A stretch of DNA of 64,000 nucleotides from Arachnia sp. (GTDB lineage Bacteria > Actinomycetota > Actinomycetes > Propionibacteriales > Propionibacteriaceae): contig JBHAEB010000073.1 of NCBI GenBank assembly GCA_041855345.1, positions 154 to 64,153 of the forward strand. Direction: 5' to 3'. The notes below the pieces were generated by a model. That model had not been told where the DNA came from. It did not search any database and saw nothing but the letters and a program-made list of their open reading frames with translations. Each line of letters begins with the position of its first letter. The stretch's first letter is position 1. The position numbers were made by a program, and so were the translations under genes. Positions 60,352-64,000 of the stretch are shown here, one piece after another.

Positions 60352-60762
60352 TCATCTCTTTATATTATTAAGGAATACGTCAAATGATGGTGCAATCGTC
60401 ATGACGAACCCATCATGGTATAAGACGCACAGGGAGTCATCGCGAGGATTAAAGCACAGGAAACCTGAATCTTGAAGGCCTATAGCGAACATATTTCGGA
60501 CGATTTGTTCATCAAAGTAGTCTGGTTCATTAAAGTCAATGGCTATTTCGTCGGCAATATGTAATGGTATTTGACAATTTTGGCCGTCCGAGAAAGTGCT
60601 CTCTAAAAGCATTTCCTTTCCCCATATATCATAAAAGATTCCCTCCTCGGCATTTTCGTAGTTTTCTGAGTTAAATAACGCTTGGGTAACCCCATCTTCA
60701 TTCTCATCCAAGAAATCTGTATAAGACTTTGGAAGCCGATTCCTCTGAAATGGCTCGCTCAT
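60352..60762 (-). CDS. SMI1/KNR4 (SUKH) family immunity protein
   Basis: LPKSYTDFL, FAIGLQDSGFLCFNPRD, IAPSFDVFL; AT-rich. Confidence 0.8.
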   Translation of the reverse strand: MSEPFQRNRLPKSYTDFLDENEDGVTQALFNSENYENAEEGIFYDIWGKEMLLESTFSDGQNCQIPLHIADEIAIDFNEPDYFDEQIVRNMFAIGLQDSGFLCFNPRDDSLCVLYHDGFVMTIAPSFDVFLNNIKR

Positions 60763-61255
60763 GGCATCATCCTTAGGTTGTGATTTCGATTACGTTTAGC
60801 TGCAGACGCTCTTCTATGCGCTACTTTAAGACTTTACATGCCTGCTGTTCCTTGTATCAGTACTGTTTCCCAAATTGTTATAACTCTGATTCGGTGCGCC
60901 TTCCTTGCGGAGTGATGTCCTACCAGTATGCTCAACGGCAAGGGGATTAGGCCGTAAATACTATACCAATTCATTGGTTGCTTGTAATTTACATGAATAG
61001 GGATGTTCCACCACTTGACACTAAGTATCGTCGATATAGGCCAACCAGCCATACTGCAGGAAGGGAGTGGGTGGCGCGCGGCAGCCGGTGCGGGCGGGGC
61101 GGCTCACAGACGTAAGACGCCATAACCGCCACGCAGAACTTGCTGCTTTTGCTGGTGATTGAATCGATGGGCATGATGAGGCGTTGAGTTGAAATGCATA
61201 ATGGATGTTACTGTATGCGCGTTGCCGACATGTGCGTGACGCATCTAGTATGCAG

Positions 61256-61792
61256 TTATGCAGGTCGCAGCTCGCTATTTTGTGTGAATGAGTGAATTAG
61301 GGAAGAAGCATCAGACGTTTCGTGCAAGTATGTTTGAATTTTATACATGCAATTGTTGCGAGTAAATTTTACTTCTATGCTATCCTCCTTGTTTTCAAAG
61401 GTGACAGCACTGTCAAATATAACCCACTCGGCATCGTCGATGAAAATTGATGCTTCTTCTAGTAGCTGATATTCATGATGGCCATGTAGAATATTAAGTA
61501 TATGCGAGTCAAGGCGTGATTCATCATTAACCCAATAGGTTCTAAATATGATAATATCATCAGCATCTTGCTTGTGTGCCGCAAAGGTTGGTAGAGGTTC
61601 ATCTCCTAGAATGATGGTTTGTATGTCCTCTACAGATAATACGGATAGATAGTCCTGCTGAGAGCAGGCTAAAGAATAATGCTCTTCTGGTTGTAAATCT
61701 ACGCAGCCCTGCCATATACCGGCACGTGCTTTTGGCAGCATCACTAATGGACCGCCATAAGTTCCAATGATATGTGTTTTCAAAGAATTCAT
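61256..61792 (-). CDS. Imm21-like immunity protein
   Basis: GGPLVMLP....WQG, YSLAC, ILGDEP, IFDSA; AT-rich. Confidence 0.75.
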   Translation of the reverse strand: MNSLKTHIIGTYGGPLVMLPKARAGIWQGCVDLQPEEHYSLACSQQDYLSVLSVEDIQTIILGDEPLPTFAAHKQDADDIIIFRTYWVNDESRLDSHILNILHGHHEYQLLEEASIFIDDAEWVIFDSAVTFENKEDSIEVKFTRNNCMYKIQTYLHETSDASSLIHSFTQNSELRPA

Positions 61793-61856
61793 TATCGAAC
61801 CCTCACGTATTAAGTATTGAAATTTCAGCTAGCTGAAGTTACCGCAAAGACTACAG

Positions 61857-62258
61857 GGCGGTGTCGTAGGGTCGTTTCAACAGTGCTTGTCGGAGGTGCG
61901 GTTGTTGGTGCGGCGTGTGTTGACGGTTCAGGACCGGGCGGGGAACGCTCAGGGGTGAAGGGGGTTTGCGGCTGGTGCCGGATCGTGCGTGATAGCTGCC
62001 AGCACCCGTCATGCCGCACTCACTCGGGCAACCACCAAGGACGATGCCCCTTCGTTTCATCCTCATTCCCCCGTAGGAACCACGACGCTAACGGGACAAT
62101 CCGTGACTACCTACCCCAAGGCACCCAGAACACCACAGTGCTACCACAAACGCCATCGCTGAAGAACTCGACTCGACCTCCCCAAACATCCCTAGGATGA
62201 CTCATCCCTCGCGAATACTACGAACGCCTCATCGATGCCTCCACCGCGTGACACCAAG
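61857..62258 (+). mobile_element. Internally deleted IS30-family element (about 400 bp, both ends present)
   Basis: Left end GGCGGTGTCGTAGGGTCGTTTCAACA; right end ...CCACCGCGTGACACC; C-terminal transposase scraps HPHSP, IRDYLPQGT, AIAEEL, REYYERLIDASTA. Confidence 0.8.
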
Positions 62259-62263
62259 AGCTT

Positions 62264-62731
62264 TTATAGATAGCTAGAGTAATTCATAGTAATTTCCGCT
62301 TTCAAAAAGGCTAAGAAATTTTCTGCATATATCTCATGGCTATCTGTAGAAAAATCGAAGCGATAAACTTCTTCGCCTGCCTTGTTATTTAAGATCTTGA
62401 AGTAGAAGAATCCTATATCGCTCACTTCTAGAAAGAAGAGCTTGTCATGATTGTCTACGTCGTAGTCAACATTCCAGCTATAGGTGTAGAAGATATCCTG
62501 GTCTGCTTCATCTCTATACTCAGGGGGGAATACTGTTTTAACGAGTTCTCCCCATAGTATTATAGAGTCGTAATTTCGAATAAACCATCGGTAGTGCTTG
62601 GGTAATGTTAGATTGAATTCCGACTCCCCAGCTTGAATCCAGCTCTCATCGATGGAGGTATTTGGGCCACATATAGAATTCGGTAGTCTATCGATCATTT
62701 CAGTTATTTGCTGAGTTAATTGAGTATCCAT
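62264..62731 (-). CDS. SMI1/KNR4 (SUKH) family immunity protein
   Basis: IQAGESEFNLTLPKHYRWFIRNY and YAENFLAFLK; AT-rich. Confidence 0.88.
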   Translation of the reverse strand: MDTQLTQQITEMIDRLPNSICGPNTSIDESWIQAGESEFNLTLPKHYRWFIRNYDSIILWGELVKTVFPPEYRDEADQDIFYTYSWNVDYDVDNHDKLFFLEVSDIGFFYFKILNNKAGEEVYRFDFSTDSHEIYAENFLAFLKAEITMNYSSYL

Positions 62732-62870
62732 AAAGATCTCCAGTCTTAAATGGCGTGGTCTTCCGGAATCTTGCGATTTTTCTTTTCAATATTCCGGCCG
62801 ATAATCATGAAATTTGCCAAATAGTATTGATGCGGTTCCATTGCTATTGCTTCTAGAACTCGGGAAACGT
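62732..62870 (-). pseudogene. C-terminal remnant of an LHH/HNH-type nuclease toxin
   Basis: FHDYRPEY*KEK matches the FxxxRxxYWK terminal motif with W replaced by TGA (62786-62788). Confidence 0.5.
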
Positions 62871-62900
62871 GGGGCGGTGTCATTGGGTCGTGGAGACAGG

Positions 62901-63450
62901 CTGGTGTTAAGTCGTGGAAGCCACGAGTAGTTGTTCGAAGGGGGTCGTGGGTGTCGATTTTGGCGGCAGGCGTGGGGGTAGTTGCTCAAGCTCTTCAGCG
63001 ATTGCGGCAAGGTTGGGTCGGTGGCCGAGGCGATCGGGGGGTCTTTGGGTAGTCGGGGGATCGGCTGGTTGGTGTTCTCGTGCGCCGTGTTCCCATGGAG
63101 AGTAGGGGTGGGCGAAGCGCACCGTTAGTTTGGCTGCTGGGGCGTCGCTGCCGTATCCGCTCTGCTGCACCAGTTCCTCGCATGGGTTGTCGTAGTAGGC
63201 GATCAGTTTATGGTTGAACCCCTCTCGGCGGTCAGGCGGTCGTGCACGTTGTGCTTGAAACGGTAGCGGGCAGCGTTTTCGTTGGCGAGGGGGTAGAGAG
63301 TCGGTGGGGTCGTTGGGATAGCCGAAGGCGTGGGCCAGCGCATTGGTACGGTGCATGGACAGGCCGTCAAAGCCCGATCGGTATTCGGCATGGCGGCGCC
63401 CCCGGTAAAGGGGGTAGCCTTGGCACTGACCCGGCCATGGGTGCGCTTCC
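62901..63450 (-). mobile_element. Degenerate IS30-family transposase remnant
   Basis: FAHPYSPWE, AAIAEELE, TPFEQLLVASTT*; right end CTGGTGTTAAGTCGTGGAAGC resembles the end at 62258. Far boundary approximate. Confidence 0.78.
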
Positions 63451-63766
63451 TTCTCATTCTTTAGGTAAGAACCCCTAGCGCATCTGCTCCCCGGGTCGCT
63501 TCATGTCGAGTCCATGCCCGTCCGAGGCCCGCGTGTGAATATGTCGGCCGCACTGTCTCGACGTCAAAGCTTTAGTACCGCGCCAGGGAGATCCTCGCCC
63601 TGAAGCTCCGACTGCAGACCCGTCGAGGGGAGATTTCAGCGTGGAACTCTCCGGGTCGCTGCACGAGTGTGGCTGACTCGACCGGAACTCGCCCATGGGC
63701 CCGCGCCAGTTCGGCTACCGGGGACTCCGGCATCGTGTGATCGGGTGCAATTCGATGGAGGAGCCC

Positions 63767-64000
63767 ATGACAACGACGTTGAAGACGACACTCACCTTGA
63801 TCCGGCACGCGCAGGTGCCCGCGAACCTGCGTCGCATCCTGGAGAGCCGGATCCCCGGCCCCAGCGTCACCGAGCACGGGCAACGGCAAGCGGTCGAGCT
63901 CGTTGAACAGTTGCGGGAACGCCCGCTGGATGGGATCGCGGTGTCGACCATGATTAGGACCGCGGAGACGGCGCGTCCCCTAGCGGAGGACCGCGGCCTT
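63767..64000 (+). CDS. Histidine phosphatase (phosphoglycerate mutase family), truncated by window end
   Basis: SD GGAGGAG; LTLIRHAQ, PGPSVTEHGQRQA, STMIRTAETA. Absent from the ORF track because it has no stop in the window. Confidence 0.88.
   Translation, partial: MTTTLKTTLTLIRHAQVPANLRRILESRIPGPSVTEHGQRQAVELVEQLRERPLDGIAVSTMIRTAETARPLAEDRGL

Noticed and set aside
63470-63766. Riboswitch upstream of the histidine phosphatase
   Set aside because: No match by eye to B12, TPP, FMN, M-box, ydaO or yybP consensus.
1-64000. rRNA, tRNA, cas genes, integrase, prophage
   Set aside because: None recognised in the window.

Overview
High-GC actinobacterial chromosome segment, probably Propionibacteriaceae (Arachnia/Tessaracoccus-like). 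That assignment is inferred from the gltD-like/nifJ/DHOD-like operon, the fused CbiEGH cobalamin cluster and the many leaderless TANNNT promoters. The core (about 6.7-48.9 kb) holds leuS, pcm, alkA/ogt, a heterodimeric ABC exporter, cutC, nagB/nagA, pyc, serC, a DtxR/IdeR regulator, trxA, nifJ and anaerobic cobalamin genes. Both ends (1-6.6 kb and 49-63.5 kb) are accessory mosaics. They contain AT-rich orphan immunity-type genes (SMI1/KNR4, Imm21-like, Imm41-like), often preceded by decayed scraps of Rhs or nuclease toxin genes and punctuated by IS30-family remnants. They also carry a DUF4143 ATPase bracketed by 23-bp repeats, a SCO0854-like TerD-domain gene and several beta-propeller genes. 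The best candidate for an undescribed system is this IS30-punctuated array of intact immunity genes with dead toxins. Two unannotated leader peptides (leuS and the ABC exporter) and several REP-like repeat families are also visible. All family assignments are from motif recognition by eye; no searches were run.
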